In this document: positions 44,186 through 54,583 of the stretch, piece by piece | Layout of the letters: the number at the start of each line of letters is the position of its first letter | Numbering within the stretch: position 1 is the stretch's first letter | Assembly: GCA_963731875.1 (NCBI GenBank) | Contig: CAVSXL010000005.1 | Location: 176,544 to 240,543, forward strand | DNA: 64,000 bases | Source of the DNA: an uncultured Alphaproteobacteria bacterium | Lineage (GTDB): Bacteria > Pseudomonadota > Alphaproteobacteria > Rhizobiales > Methyloligellaceae | Direction of reading: 5' to 3' | Program-made: the position numbers and the translations under genes | The notes under the pieces: generated by a model | The model's database searches: none | The model's input: only the letters and a program-made list of their open reading frames with translations | Told to the model about the DNA's origin: nothing

Positions 44186-45696
44186 GCTATAGCTGGCCGA
44201 TCCTGTCCACGGTGACGTTCCTGCCGCTGCTTGGCGCGCTGCTGATTATGGCCTTGCGCGGCGACGACGAGAGCACCTTCCGCAACGCGCGATATATCGC
44301 GCTGTGGACCACGCTGATCACCTTCGCCATTTCGCTGCTGTTGTGGCGCGATTTCGATATGGCCACGGCACAATTTCAGTTCGTGGAGCTTCGGCCCTGG
44401 CTCGGGCCCATCACCTTCCACATGGGCATCGACGGCATCTCCATGCCCTTCGTGGTGCTCACCACGCTGCTGATGCCGATCACGGTGCTGTCGACCTTCG
44501 GCGCCATCAAGGTGCGCGTGAAGGAATTCATGATCGCCTTCCTCGTGCTCGAGACCTTGATGCTCGGGGTGTTCTGCTCGCTCGACCTCGTCATGTTCTA
44601 TCTGTTCTTCGAGGGTGGGCTGATTCCGATGTTCCTCATCATCGGCATCTGGGGCGGACAACGGCGCGTCTACGCGAGCTTCAAATTTTTCCTCTACACG
44701 CTGGCGGGCTCGGTCCTGATGCTGCTCGCCATCATGGCGATCTACTGGGAGGCAGGCACCACGAATATCCCGGCGCTGCTCACCCACGACTTCCCGCCGG
44801 AAATGCAGACCTGGCTATGGTTCGCTTTCCTCGCCTCGTTCGCGGTGAAGCTGCCGATGTGGCCAGTGCACACCTGGCTGCCCGACGCCCATGTGGAGGC
44901 GCCGACCGCCGGCTCTGTGATCCTTGCCGGCATTCTTTTGAAGCTCGGGGGCTACGGCTTCTTGCGCTTCTCGATCCCCATGTTCCCGCTGGCGTCCGCC
45001 GAGTTCGCGCCGCTCATCTTCGCGCTGTCGGTGATCGCGATCATCTACACCTCGCTCGTCGCGCTGGCGCAGGAGGATATGAAGAAGCTGATCGCCTACT
45101 CGTCCATCGCGCATATGGGTTTCGTGACCATCGGCATCTTCACCATCACCATGCAAGGCCTGCAGGGCGGCATCTTCCTGATGCTCTCCCACGGCATCGT
45201 CTCCGCCGCGCTCTTCCTCTGCGTCGGCGTGCTCTACGACCGCATGCATACGCACGAGATCGCGGTGTTCAGCGGGCTGGTGAACCGCATGCCGCTTTAC
45301 GCCTTCTGCTTCATGCTGTTCACGCTTGCCAATGTGGGTTTGCCGGGCACGAGCGGTTTCATCGGCGAGTTCCTGAGCCTCATGGGCGCCTTCGAAGTCA
45401 ACACCTGGGTCGCGGTGCTGGCGACCACCGGCATCATCCTGTCGGCGGGCTACGCTTTGTGGCTTTACCGCCGCGTGGTCTTTGGCGTGCTGGACAAGCC
45501 GGCGCTCCGCAACATCAAGGACCTGTCCTGGCGGGAGGTTGCCGTGATGGTGCCGCTGATCGTCATCACCATCTTCTTCGGCTTCTATCCCAATCCCGTC
45601 CTCGACGTGTCGGCCGTGTCGGTCGAGGCGCTCATGTCCGATTTCAAAGCGAGCCTTGCCGCCGCCGAACAGGCGCGGTTTGCGCTCATGCCTTAA
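44182..45696 (+). CDS. nuoM: NADH-quinone oxidoreductase subunit M
   Basis: [41 protein letters not shown]. Confidence 0.99.
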   Translation: MSYSWPILSTVTFLPLLGALLIMALRGDDESTFRNARYIALWTTLITFAISLLLWRDFDMATAQFQFVELRPWLGPITFHMGIDGISMPFVVLTTLLMPITVLSTFGAIKVRVKEFMIAFLVLETLMLGVFCSLDLVMFYLFFEGGLIPMFLIIGIWGGQRRVYASFKFFLYTLAGSVLMLLAIMAIYWEAGTTNIPALLTHDFPPEMQTWLWFAFLASFAVKLPMWPVHTWLPDAHVEAPTAGSVILAGILLKLGGYGFLRFSIPMFPLASAEFAPLIFALSVIAIIYTSLVALAQEDMKKLIAYSSIAHMGFVTIGIFTITMQGLQGGIFLMLSHGIVSAALFLCVGVLYDRMHTHEIAVFSGLVNRMPLYAFCFMLFTLANVGLPGTSGFIGEFLSLMGAFEVNTWVAVLATTGIILSAGYALWLYRRVVFGVLDKPALRNIKDLSWREVAVMVPLIVITIFFGFYPNPVLDVSAVSVEALMSDFKASLAAAEQARFALMP

Positions 45697-45709
45697 GAGG
45701 GATTAGCGC

Positions 45710-47140
45710 GTGGTTCAGTCGCTCAATCTCGCGGTGATTCTCCCCGAGCTGGTTCTCGCCATCGGGGCGATGGCCCTGCTCATGCTCGGCGTCTTCACGC
45801 GCCAGGAGCGCGGCGAGCTCGTGCTGTGGCTCGCCGTCGGTGTTATCGTGGTTTCCGGCATTTTCGTGGCCCTCGGGGAGGGCACGGAGGTTCTGTTCAA
45901 CGGCAGCTTCATCGTCGACCCCTACGCGCGGATGCTGAAGCTCCTGACGCTGACCGGCTCCGCCGTGGCACTCATCATGTCGATCGATTACTGGCGAAAT
46001 GCCGGCGGACTGAAATTCGAGTTCCCCATTCTCGTGCTGTTCGCCGCCACCGGCATGCTGATGATGATCTCGGCCTACGATCTCATCGCGCTCTATGTCG
46101 GTCTTGAGCTCCAGAGTCTCGCCCTCTATGTCATCGCCGCGTTCAAGCGCGATTCCGCGCTGTCGTCGGAAGCTGGTCTCAAATATTTCGTCCTCGGCGC
46201 GTTGTCCTCGGGGATGCTGCTCTACGGCGCATCGCTCATCTATGGCTTTACCGGTTCGACCGAATTCAACCAGATCGCCGCATCGGTCCAGCCGTCCGAT
46301 CCCAATCTCGGCCTGATCTTCGGCCTGGTGTTCCTGATGGCGGGCTTTGCCTTCAAGATCTCCGCCGTGCCCTTCCATATGTGGACGCCGGACGTCTATG
46401 AGGGTGCGCCGACCCCGGTCACCGCCTTCTTCGCCGCGGCACCGAAGCTCGCCGCCATGGCGCTGACGGTCCGCGTCGTCATCTCCGCATTCCCCGCCGT
46501 GACCATGGAATGGCAGCAGATCGTCGTGTTCCTCGCTATCGCCTCCATGGCGCTCGGTTCGTTTGCCGCCATCGGCCAGCGCAATATCAAGCGCCTGATG
46601 GCCTACAGCTCGATCGGGCATATGGGCTACGCGCTGGTCGGGCTTGCCGCCGGCACGGCGGAGGGCGTGCAGGGGGTTATCATCTACCTGGCCATCTATC
46701 TGGTCATGACGCTCGGCATGTTCGCCTGCATTCTGGCCATGCGCCGCGACGGCAAGATGGTCGAGCAAATAGACCAGCTTTCGGGGCTTTCGCGCACCAA
46801 CCCGCTGATGGCGCTGGCCATGGCGGTGCTTCTGTTCTCGCTCGCCGGCATCCCGCCCCTTGCAGGTTTCTTCGCTAAGTTCTACGTGTTCCTAGCCGCC
46901 ATCGAGTCCGGACTCTATTTGCTCGCCGTCATCGGCGTGCTCTTGAGCGTAGTGGGGGCCTTCTACTATCTGCGGATCGTCAAGATCATGTATTTCGACG
47001 ATCCGGTCGAACGTTTCGAACCCATGCCTGCAACGCTCGCCACCGTTCTCAGCATCAGCGGCGTGTTGATTTTGCTCTATTTCGTTTATCCCGCGCCGCT
47101 CGTGGCCGCTGCCGAAGTTGCCGCCAAGTCATTGTTTTAA
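45710..47140 (+). CDS. nuoN: NADH-quinone oxidoreductase subunit N
   Basis: [44 protein letters not shown]. Confidence 0.99.
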   Translation: MVQSLNLAVILPELVLAIGAMALLMLGVFTRQERGELVLWLAVGVIVVSGIFVALGEGTEVLFNGSFIVDPYARMLKLLTLTGSAVALIMSIDYWRNAGGLKFEFPILVLFAATGMLMMISAYDLIALYVGLELQSLALYVIAAFKRDSALSSEAGLKYFVLGALSSGMLLYGASLIYGFTGSTEFNQIAASVQPSDPNLGLIFGLVFLMAGFAFKISAVPFHMWTPDVYEGAPTPVTAFFAAAPKLAAMALTVRVVISAFPAVTMEWQQIVVFLAIASMALGSFAAIGQRNIKRLMAYSSIGHMGYALVGLAAGTAEGVQGVIIYLAIYLVMTLGMFACILAMRRDGKMVEQIDQLSGLSRTNPLMALAMAVLLFSLAGIPPLAGFFAKFYVFLAAIESGLYLLAVIGVLLSVVGAFYYLRIVKIMYFDDPVERFEPMPATLATVLSISGVLILLYFVYPAPLVAAAEVAAKSLF

Positions 47141-47914
47141 TGAGCTATATAGCGTCTCCATCACCTAAGATGCCGTCCGGCTACCGGCTGGCCAAGCTGG
47201 ACTCCGTCGAACTCCACGAACGCGGAGGCCAGGCGGCGCGCCGAGCGGGGCGAGCCCGGACCGTTGTGGATTTGGTCGTCGCGTCAATCCAAGGGGCGCG
47301 GCCGGGCCGGGAGGGAGTGGACTTCCCAGGTCGGCAATCTGTTCGCCAGCCTTCTGATCAGGCTCAATTGTCCGCTGCCGACCGCAAGTCAGCTTGCCCT
47401 GGTCGCGGGGATCGCCGCCTATGACACCGTTGCCAAGCTCATCGCCTATGAGGGTCGCTCGGAACTCCTGCTTAAATGGCCCAACGATGTCCTCCTCGCA
47501 GAGGAGAAAGTCGCCGGCATGCTGCTAGAGAATGTCCCAGGGGCCAAACCGAACAGCTCGGTTGTGGTGATCGGCACCGGCATCAACCTTTCCAATCACC
47601 CCGAGAACCTGCCGCAGCCCGCAATCAGCCTGGCCGAATATGGCTTGGCGGTGACGCCGGGCGAAGCGCTTCAAGTGCTGGCGGCCACCACTCATGAATG
47701 GCTGATGCGCTGGGGGGAGGGCGCCACCTTTCCGACCATTCGCCGCGCCTGGCTCGATCGTGCCGGTCCCGCCGGACGGCCCATGCGCGTCAACCTCAAC
47801 GGCGTGGAGACCGAAGGCGCCTATGCCGGCCTTGACTCCGATGGCGCGCTACGGCTCAGGACGAGCGAAGGCGAAGCCCGCGTGACCGCCGGCGACGTCT
47901 TCTTCGCCAGCTGA
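47140..47914 (+). pseudogene. birA: Biotin--[acetyl-CoA-carboxylase] ligase interrupted by a +1 frameshift (assembly error or true mutation)
   Basis: Frame 1 gives MSY...LDSVE, frame 2 continues STNAEA...QSKGRGRAGREW, KWPNDV, KVAGML; removing one A at 47210-47211 restores DSVDSTN and a 257-aa ORF. Confidence 0.88.
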
Positions 47915-47931
47915 TAAGGCGCCTGAGCCCA

Positions 47932-49617
47932 GTGTCCCGAAAATCCGATCGAAAAGGAGACGAGCTCGTCTTCGTGCCGTTGGGCGGCGTGGGTGAGATC
48001 GGCATGAATCTGTATCTCTACGGCTATGGACGCCGTGGCGCATTTCAATGGCTCATCGTCGACATGGGCGTGACCTTCGGCAGCGAGTTCGAGCCCGGCA
48101 TCGATATCATCCTGCCCGACATCCGTTTTCTTGAAGAGGAGCGCCACAACATCGCCGGTCTGCTCCTCACTCATGCGCACGAGGATCACTACGGCGCCGT
48201 GGCCGATCTCTGGCCACTGCTTGGCGACGTGACGGTCTACGCCACCCCATTTACCGCCGAGATGCTGAAGTCGAAGCTCGGCGAGATGGGCATGGCGGAG
48301 GACTTTCCGCTCGAAGTCGTCGACATGGGCAGCCGCCGGAGTATCGGTCCGTTCGACGTCGAGCTGATCAGCATGTCCCACTCGATCCCCGAGCCGTCGG
48401 CGATCGTCATCAGGACGCCACTCGGCACGGCGCTGCATACGGGCGACTGGAAGCTCGACGCCAATCCTCTGACGAGCGCTCCGACCGACGAGGGTCGCTT
48501 GCGGGAGATCGGACGAGAAGGGCTGCAGGCGCTGATCTGCAACTCCACCAACGCCATCCGTGAGGGCGTGTCCCCATCGGAGGCCGATGTGGCCGTGACC
48601 CTGACCAAGCTCATTGCCGAGGCGCCGCAGCGGGTCGCGGTGACGACCTTCGCGTCCAACGTGGCGCGGCTCGGCTCGGTGGCCAAGGCCGCGCGGGCCG
48701 CGGACCGTGAACTCGTCGTCGTTGGCCGCGCCATGTATCGCGTCATCGAGGCGGCGCAGGCGACCGGCTATCTCGATCCCGATCTCTACTTCCATGAGGA
48801 GACGGCGTTCGCCAAGCTGCCGCCGCGCAACGTGGTGGCGCTGTGCACCGGCAGCCAAGGCGAGACACGCGCCGCGCTTGCGCGCATCGCCGCGGGCGAG
48901 CATCCCCACGTGAAACTCGATGCCGGCGATTGGGTGATCTTCTCCTCCCGCACCATCCCCGGCAACGAGAAGGCCGTGGGACGCGTGCAGAACGCGCTGT
49001 CGGATAACAAGATCGAGATCCTCACCGACCAGGATGCGCTCGTTCACGTCTCGGGTCATCCGCGCAAAGGAGAGCTCAAGCAGCTCTATAGCTGGTTAAA
49101 ACCGGAAATTGCCGTACCCATGCATGGCGAAGGCCGTCATCTCGAGGCCCATGCGGAACTGGCCGAGGCGCTCGGCGTCAAGCAAGTGATCCGGGCGCGG
49201 AACGGCACGGTGGTTCATCTGCTGCCGCAGCCGGCCGCCATCGTGGGCGAGGTGCCGGTCGGGCGGCTCTATCGTGACGGCGCTATCCTCACCAATGCCG
49301 AGGACGGCCAGGTGCGCGAGCGCCGCAAATTGAGCTTCGCCGGCATCGTGTCGGTGTCGCTGGTATTGACGACCAAAGGCGAGCTTGTGGCCGACCCGGA
49401 GGTGGCGCTGAGCGGTCTGCCGGCCGCCGATACTTACGGCACGCCATTCTCGGAGATCGTGCGGAACGCGGCCATCGGCACGGTGAAGAGCATTCCCCGT
49501 CCGCGCCGCAAGGATCCGGCGGTCGTGAGCGAGGCCGTCCGCCGGGGCGTCCGTTCCGCCGTAAATCAGGCCTGGGGCAAGAAGCCCATGTGTTCGGTGC
49601 TGCTGACAGTGCTATAG
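47932..49617 (+). CDS. rnj: Ribonuclease J
   Basis: LGGVGEIGMN, THAHEDH, HSIPE, HTGDWK, TGSQGE, HVSGH. Confidence 0.97.
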   Translation: MSRKSDRKGDELVFVPLGGVGEIGMNLYLYGYGRRGAFQWLIVDMGVTFGSEFEPGIDIILPDIRFLEEERHNIAGLLLTHAHEDHYGAVADLWPLLGDVTVYATPFTAEMLKSKLGEMGMAEDFPLEVVDMGSRRSIGPFDVELISMSHSIPEPSAIVIRTPLGTALHTGDWKLDANPLTSAPTDEGRLREIGREGLQALICNSTNAIREGVSPSEADVAVTLTKLIAEAPQRVAVTTFASNVARLGSVAKAARAADRELVVVGRAMYRVIEAAQATGYLDPDLYFHEETAFAKLPPRNVVALCTGSQGETRAALARIAAGEHPHVKLDAGDWVIFSSRTIPGNEKAVGRVQNALSDNKIEILTDQDALVHVSGHPRKGELKQLYSWLKPEIAVPMHGEGRHLEAHAELAEALGVKQVIRARNGTVVHLLPQPAAIVGEVPVGRLYRDGAILTNAEDGQVRERRKLSFAGIVSVSLVLTTKGELVADPEVALSGLPAADTYGTPFSEIVRNAAIGTVKSIPRPRRKDPAVVSEAVRRGVRSAVNQAWGKKPMCSVLLTVL

Positions 49618-49726
49618 CGCTCAAGTAGCGAAGCGCGGTAGCGGACTAGACGCCGCCTACCTAGCGCCAAGCCTGAGGGCGCACTAAATTCGAAGATCTA
49701 TCATCCACGAGCCGGAGCATAGTTTG

Positions 49727-50125
49727 ATGATTGGCCGTTTGAACCATGTCGCCATTGTGGTGCCGGACCTGAAGGCGGCGACCGAAGTTTACCGCGATAC
49801 TCTCGGCGCCAAGGTCTCTGCGGAAGAGGATCAGCCCGAACATGGCGTGACCACGGTGTTCATCGAGTTGCCCAACACCAAGATCGAGTTGCTTGGAGTC
49901 TATGGCGACAACTCGCCGATCTCCGGTTTCCTCGAACGCAACCCCAATGGCGGCATCCATCACCTCTGCTATGAGGTTCCGGATATCCAGGAAGCGCGCG
50001 AGCGGATGGTGCAACAGGGCGCCCGCGTGCTTGGCGAGCCGAAGATCGGTGCCCACGGCAAACCTGTCATCTTCCTGCACCCGAAAGACTTCTGCGGCAC
50101 ACTCGTGGAACTCGAAGAGGCCTAA
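49727..50125 (+). CDS. mce: Methylmalonyl-CoA epimerase
   Basis: RLNHVAI, EHGVTTVF, GGIHHLCYEV, FLHPKDFCGTLVELEE. Confidence 0.96.
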   Translation: MIGRLNHVAIVVPDLKAATEVYRDTLGAKVSAEEDQPEHGVTTVFIELPNTKIELLGVYGDNSPISGFLERNPNGGIHHLCYEVPDIQEARERMVQQGARVLGEPKIGAHGKPVIFLHPKDFCGTLVELEEA

Positions 50126-50128
50126 GCC

Positions 50129-50407
50129 ATGAGCCTTGCCTTCGGATTGGCGATCTATTTCGTGATCTGGTGGATCGTGCTGTTCGCCATGCTGCCGTTC
50201 GGCGTGCGGACCGCTGAGGAAGCGGGGGAGGAGGCATCGCCCGGATTCGCCGAAAGCGCTCCGCATCGCCCGCGCATGTTGCCGAAGATGATCGCCACGA
50301 CGGTGGTGTCGGCCATCATTTTCGCCGGCATCTATGCGGTCGTCGTGCACCACGTGATCAGGCTGGACGATATCCCGTTCTTCCCGCGCTACGACAAGGT
50401 GCAATAG
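50129..50407 (+). CDS. DUF1467 family membrane protein
   Basis: AIYFVIWW.VLFAMLPFGVRT, ESAP; conserved position after mce. Confidence 0.9.
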   Translation: MSLAFGLAIYFVIWWIVLFAMLPFGVRTAEEAGEEASPGFAESAPHRPRMLPKMIATTVVSAIIFAGIYAVVVHHVIRLDDIPFFPRYDKVQ

Positions 50408-50434
50408 GCCTCTCGCGGTCCAGGAATCCGAGAC

Positions 50435-50465
50435 AAAAAAAAGCAAGGTCGAACCGACCTTGCTT
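50435..50465 (-). terminator. Intrinsic terminator
   Basis: AAGCAAGGTCG-GTT-CGACCTTGCTT then TTTTTT on the minus strand. Confidence 0.85.
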
Positions 50466-50585
50466 CAGTATCGTGACTCCTTGTCTCTTCGGCCTTTCAG
50501 GCTGAAAAGCGGCGGCGCCCATGTATTTCCATGATTAGCGCGCCTGGAGTACTTCCTCCCAAGACTTGGACCTTGTCCAATCTCA
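50435..50585 (-). ncRNA. Probable alpha-r9 (ar9; Smr9C/Sra32-like) small RNA
   Basis: Minus strand: hairpins TTGGAC/GTCCAA and GGAG/CTCC, then a perfect 11-bp stem plus U8; sits in the DUF1467-proS gap, which I recall as the ar9 locus in Rhizobiales; 5' end approximate. Confidence 0.65.
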
Positions 50586-50947
50586 ACGCAAAACTCCGAG
50601 ATCGTCGCCGGTCCCGAGCGCTCCCACGTTGTGTCGGGACACTAGCGTAGGCGCGCCAAATTGTCACCATCATTGTGACCCGTCGCCGCATATTTATGCT
50701 TCCGGCCAAAGGTGTCGGCCAGGCCGAGGAGAACTCAAGACAATCCTTGCGGCTATCCAGTGGTTCCGGCTAGGAATTCTGCCTAAGCGCTAAGCAACAT
50801 TTGCCTGAAGCTCAATGGGAAGAACAAAGCTCGCGCCACCTCACGTTGTACCAGGCAATGCTACGTGCTCCGGCGTCGGCCCGAAGCGCCCCGCGGACAA
50901 GAATCGCCCCCGGATCACAACGGCCCGGGATTTCTGGACCGGGCTGA

Positions 50948-50976
50948 TTGCTTAGCCTTGCGAAACTGGCTATTAG
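50948..50976 (+). promoter_or_regulatory. Putative sigma70 promoter of proS
   Basis: TTGCTT-N17-TATTAG. Confidence 0.5.
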
Positions 50977-51078
50977 CCGCGCCAAGGGGCCCGGCGGAGA
51001 GCTTCCGGCTTTCGCGCTAAGAATGGGTCAATGCAACGGGCGGGCTATGAGTTCGCTGCCAACGCCGTAGGGCCCAGA

Positions 51079-52428
51079 ATGCGCCTCAGCCGCTATTTTT
51101 TGCCACTGTTGCGCGACGATCCCAAGGAAGCGGAGATCGTCTCTCACCGGCTGATGCTGCGGGCCGGCCTCACACGCCAATCGAGCGCCGGCATCTACTC
51201 CTGGCTCCCTCTCGGCCATCGCGTATTGCGCAAGATCGAGCAGATCGTGCGCGAGGAGCAGGACCGCGCGGGCGCCATCGAACTGCTCATGCCGACCATT
51301 CAGCCCGCCGAGTTGTGGCGGGAGAGCGGCCGTTACGAGGCTTACGGCAAGGAGATGCTTCGCATCAAGGACCGGCACGAGCGCGACATGCTCTACGGTC
51401 CCACGAACGAGGAGATGATCACCGAGATCTTCCGCGCCGGCGCCAAGTCCTATAAGGACGTGCCCCGCATCCTCTACCATATCCAATGGAAGTTTCGCGA
51501 CGAAGTCAGGCCGCGCTTCGGCGTCATGCGCGGCCGCGAATTCCTGATGAAGGATTCCTATTCGTTCGATCTCGACAAAGAAGGCGCCGTCAAATCCTAC
51601 AACAAGATGTTCGTCTCTTATTTGCGCACTTTCGCCCGCATGGGGCTTCGCGCGGTGCCCATGCGCGCCGAGACTGGCCCGATCGGCGGCGATCTCTCTC
51701 ACGAATTCATTATTCTTGCCGAGACCGGTGAGTCCCAGGTCTACTGTCATAAGGATCTGATCCAGATGCCGGTCCCGCCACGGGACGTGGACTATCAGTC
51801 CGATCTCACCCCTTATGTCCGTCAGCGCACCGAGCTGTATGCCGCCACCGAGGACGTGCACGATCCCAAACGCTTCGAGCAGGAGGTGCCCGCCGACATG
51901 CGGCTCTCGGCGCGCGGCATCGAGGTGGGGCAGGTTTTCTATTTCGGCACGAAATACTCCGAAGCTATGGGCGCCAAGGTACAAGGGCCGGGCGGCGAGC
52001 TCGTCGCCGTCGAGATGGGATCTTACGGCATCGGCGTATCCCGGCTTGTCGGCGCCATCATCGAGGCCTCCCATGACGATGCCGGCATCATCTGGCCGCA
52101 AGCGGTGGCGCCGTTCGACGTCGGTCTCATCAATCTCAAAGTCGGCGATGCCGAGACCGACGCCGCCTGCGAGGATTTCTATGGCCAGCTGAACGCCGCC
52201 GGCCTCGACGTTCTCTATGACGACCGCGACGACCGGGCAGGGGCCAAATTCGCCGCCATGGACCTGATCGGCCTGCCCTGGCAGCTGATCGTCGGGCCGA
52301 AAGGGCTCAAAGCGGGAGAAATCGAATTAAAGGAGCGCGCCACGGGCGAGCGCCATAGTCTCACCTTCGATGCAGCTTTGACTCTCCTCGTCGCGGCGAC
52401 GGCCCAGGCGAAAAAGGAAGCAGCATGA
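51079..52428 (+). CDS. proS: Proline--tRNA ligase (short form, no INS editing domain)
   Basis: [56 protein letters not shown]. Confidence 0.99.
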   Translation: MRLSRYFLPLLRDDPKEAEIVSHRLMLRAGLTRQSSAGIYSWLPLGHRVLRKIEQIVREEQDRAGAIELLMPTIQPAELWRESGRYEAYGKEMLRIKDRHERDMLYGPTNEEMITEIFRAGAKSYKDVPRILYHIQWKFRDEVRPRFGVMRGREFLMKDSYSFDLDKEGAVKSYNKMFVSYLRTFARMGLRAVPMRAETGPIGGDLSHEFIILAETGESQVYCHKDLIQMPVPPRDVDYQSDLTPYVRQRTELYAATEDVHDPKRFEQEVPADMRLSARGIEVGQVFYFGTKYSEAMGAKVQGPGGELVAVEMGSYGIGVSRLVGAIIEASHDDAGIIWPQAVAPFDVGLINLKVGDAETDAACEDFYGQLNAAGLDVLYDDRDDRAGAKFAAMDLIGLPWQLIVGPKGLKAGEIELKERATGERHSLTFDAALTLLVAATAQAKKEAA

Positions 52429-53690
52429 GCACGACTACGAGCACGCGGGCCTTCGCACCATTCGAATGGATGGTGGCGCTCCGCTATTTGCGGGCGCGGC
52501 GCAAAGAGGGCTTCATCTCGGTGATCGCCGGCTTCTCCTTCATCGGCATTACGCTTGGCGTGGCCACGCTAATCATCGTCATGGCCGTCATGAACGGCTT
52601 CCGCCAGGAGCTGTTCGACAAGATGCTCGGCTTGAACGGCCATGTGGTGGTCCATAGTCTCGGATCTTTCACCGACTATGACGACGTGGCGGCACGCATC
52701 CGCGATGTCGACGGTGTCAAATACGCACTGCCCCTCATCGAAGGCCAGGTGCTGATCTCAACGCCCTACACCTCGAGCGGAGCTCTAGTGCGGGGCTTGC
52801 GCGAAAAGGATCTCAAGAGCCTCAAGGCCATTTCGAGCAATATCCGGTTCGGAACGCTGGACGGTTTCGACGACCAGCCCGGACTCGCGCTCGGCAGCCG
52901 CATGGCCAACGACCTCAACGTAAAGGTCGGAGACGAGGTCTCCATCCTCACGCCGCGGGGGCCGGCGACGGCGCTCGGTACGGCGCCGCGCGTCAAGCGC
53001 TATCCGGTCGTGGCCATCTTCGAGATCGGCATGTCGGAATATGACGCCAGCATTCTGTTCATGCCGCTGAAGGAGGCACAGCGCTATTTCAGCGTTCCCG
53101 ACAGTGTCACCGTGCTGGAGGTCGTGCTCAACTCCCCCGACGAGGTCGGCGAGCTCGCGCCGAAGATCATCACCGCTGGCGGTCCCACAATCTATATCAG
53201 TGACTGGCGTCAGCGTAACGCCACCTTCTTCACCGCGCTCCAAGTGGAGCGCAATGTCATGTTCCTAATCTTGGCGCTCATCGTGCTGGTGGCCGCCCTC
53301 AATATCATCTCCGGGCTGATCATGCTGGTGAAGGACAAGGGCCGCGACATCGCTATTTTGCGCACCATGGGCGCCACGCGGGGCGCGGTCATGCGCATCT
53401 TCTTCATCACCGGCGCCAGCATCGGCATCGTCGGTACGCTCGCCGGCTTAGCGCTCGGGGTGCTCGTGTGCCTCAACATCGAGCGCCTGCGCGAGTTCAT
53501 CGGCTGGCTCACCTCGACCGACTTGTTCGCGCCGGAGCTCTATTATCTCTCTCAGATGCCGGCCGAAATGGATACCGGCGAGACCACCACGGTCGTCATC
53601 ATGGCGCTCGTCTTGTCGGTGCTCGCCACGGTCTATCCATCCTGGCGGGCCTCGCGTCTCGACCCCGTCGAAGCGCTGCGTTACGAATAG
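52425..53690 (+). CDS. lolE: Lipoprotein-releasing ABC transporter permease (LolC/E)
   Basis: [54 protein letters not shown]. Confidence 0.95.
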   Translation: MSTTTSTRAFAPFEWMVALRYLRARRKEGFISVIAGFSFIGITLGVATLIIVMAVMNGFRQELFDKMLGLNGHVVVHSLGSFTDYDDVAARIRDVDGVKYALPLIEGQVLISTPYTSSGALVRGLREKDLKSLKAISSNIRFGTLDGFDDQPGLALGSRMANDLNVKVGDEVSILTPRGPATALGTAPRVKRYPVVAIFEIGMSEYDASILFMPLKEAQRYFSVPDSVTVLEVVLNSPDEVGELAPKIITAGGPTIYISDWRQRNATFFTALQVERNVMFLILALIVLVAALNIISGLIMLVKDKGRDIAILRTMGATRGAVMRIFFITGASIGIVGTLAGLALGVLVCLNIERLREFIGWLTSTDLFAPELYYLSQMPAEMDTGETTTVVIMALVLSVLATVYPSWRASRLDPVEALRYE

Positions 53691-53696
53691 AGGCCG

Positions 53697-54419
53697 TTGG
53701 TGGACAATCCTGAACGAACCCCGGTGCTGCGCCTTGAAGGCTTGATGCGGAGCTTCACGCAAGGCGACCGCCACATCGACGTGCTGAAGGAGGTGGCGGC
53801 CGCCTTCTACCCGGGCGAGACCGTGGCCCTGCTCGGCCCCTCGGGGGCGGGTAAATCGACCCTACTGCAAATCGCCGGCCTGCTCGAGAAGCCGGATTCG
53901 GGCCTGGTGGCCATCGACGGCATCGATTGCGTAACGCTGAGCGATAGCGAGCGCACCCGGGTGCGCCGCATGGAGGTGGGGTTTGTCTATCAGTTCCATC
54001 ACCTCTTGCCGGAGTTCTCGGCGCTGGAAAACGTCATGCTGCCCCAGCTCATTCTTGGCCGTACGAAGTCGGAAGCGGAGACCCGCGCCAAGCATCTCCT
54101 GGAGATGCTGGGCCTCAAGGATCGCTGGGACCACCGGCCGACTGAGCTTTCCGGGGGTGAGCAACAACGCGTGGCGATTGCCCGCGCGGTCGCCAACCAG
54201 CCCAAGGTCCTGCTTGCCGACGAGCCCACCGGTAATCTCGATCCGAACACCGCCGAACGCGTGTTCGAAGAACTCCTGAGACTGGTCCACGAGGAGGGTG
54301 TCGCGGCCGTCGTAGCGACCCACAATCTCGAGCTTGCGGCGCGCATGGACCGCGTCCTGCGCCTCACGAACGGTCATCTCGTCGAGGAGTCGGTGGCCGT
54401 GGTCGACGTCGTCAGCTAG
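53697..54419 (+). CDS. lolD: Lipoprotein-releasing ABC transporter ATP-binding protein
   Basis: [35 protein letters not shown]. Confidence 0.95.
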   Translation: MVDNPERTPVLRLEGLMRSFTQGDRHIDVLKEVAAAFYPGETVALLGPSGAGKSTLLQIAGLLEKPDSGLVAIDGIDCVTLSDSERTRVRRMEVGFVYQFHHLLPEFSALENVMLPQLILGRTKSEAETRAKHLLEMLGLKDRWDHRPTELSGGEQQRVAIARAVANQPKVLLADEPTGNLDPNTAERVFEELLRLVHEEGVAAVVATHNLELAARMDRVLRLTNGHLVEESVAVVDVVS

Positions 54420-54427
54420 TCCCCCTC

Positions 54428-54456
54428 TTGCAAAAAGAACGGAACAAGAACAATAT
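54428..54456 (+). promoter_or_regulatory. sigma70-like promoter of dnaE with an alphaproteobacterial LexA box in the spacer
   Basis: TTGCAA-N17-CAATAT; GAAC-N7-GAAC at 54437-54451. Confidence 0.7.
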
Positions 54457-54470
54457 CCGTTAGCCTCCCG

Positions 54471-54544
54471 CGTCGTACCGGCGAAAGCCGGTATCCAGTG
54501 GATAAGGCCGGAACCCACTGGATTCCGGCCGCCGCCGGAATGAC
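54471..54544. repeat. CGTC-tagged REP-type palindromic dimer
   Basis: Left arm GTCGTACCGGC-GAAA-GCCGGTATCCAG; right arm (reverse complement) GTCATTCCGGC-GGCG-GCCGGAATCCAG; inverted, with a short spacer. Confidence 0.8.
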
Positions 54545-54583
54545 AAGAGGAAGGTGGCAACCGGCGGAGGGCGAGCCAATAGC

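Noticed and set aside
47206-47215. Programmed frameshift in birA
   Set aside because: No homopolymer run or known shifty motif; error or mutation is more parsimonious
50566-50793. 75-aa plus-strand ORF upstream of proS
   Set aside because: No SD or domain; overlaps the structured noncoding region
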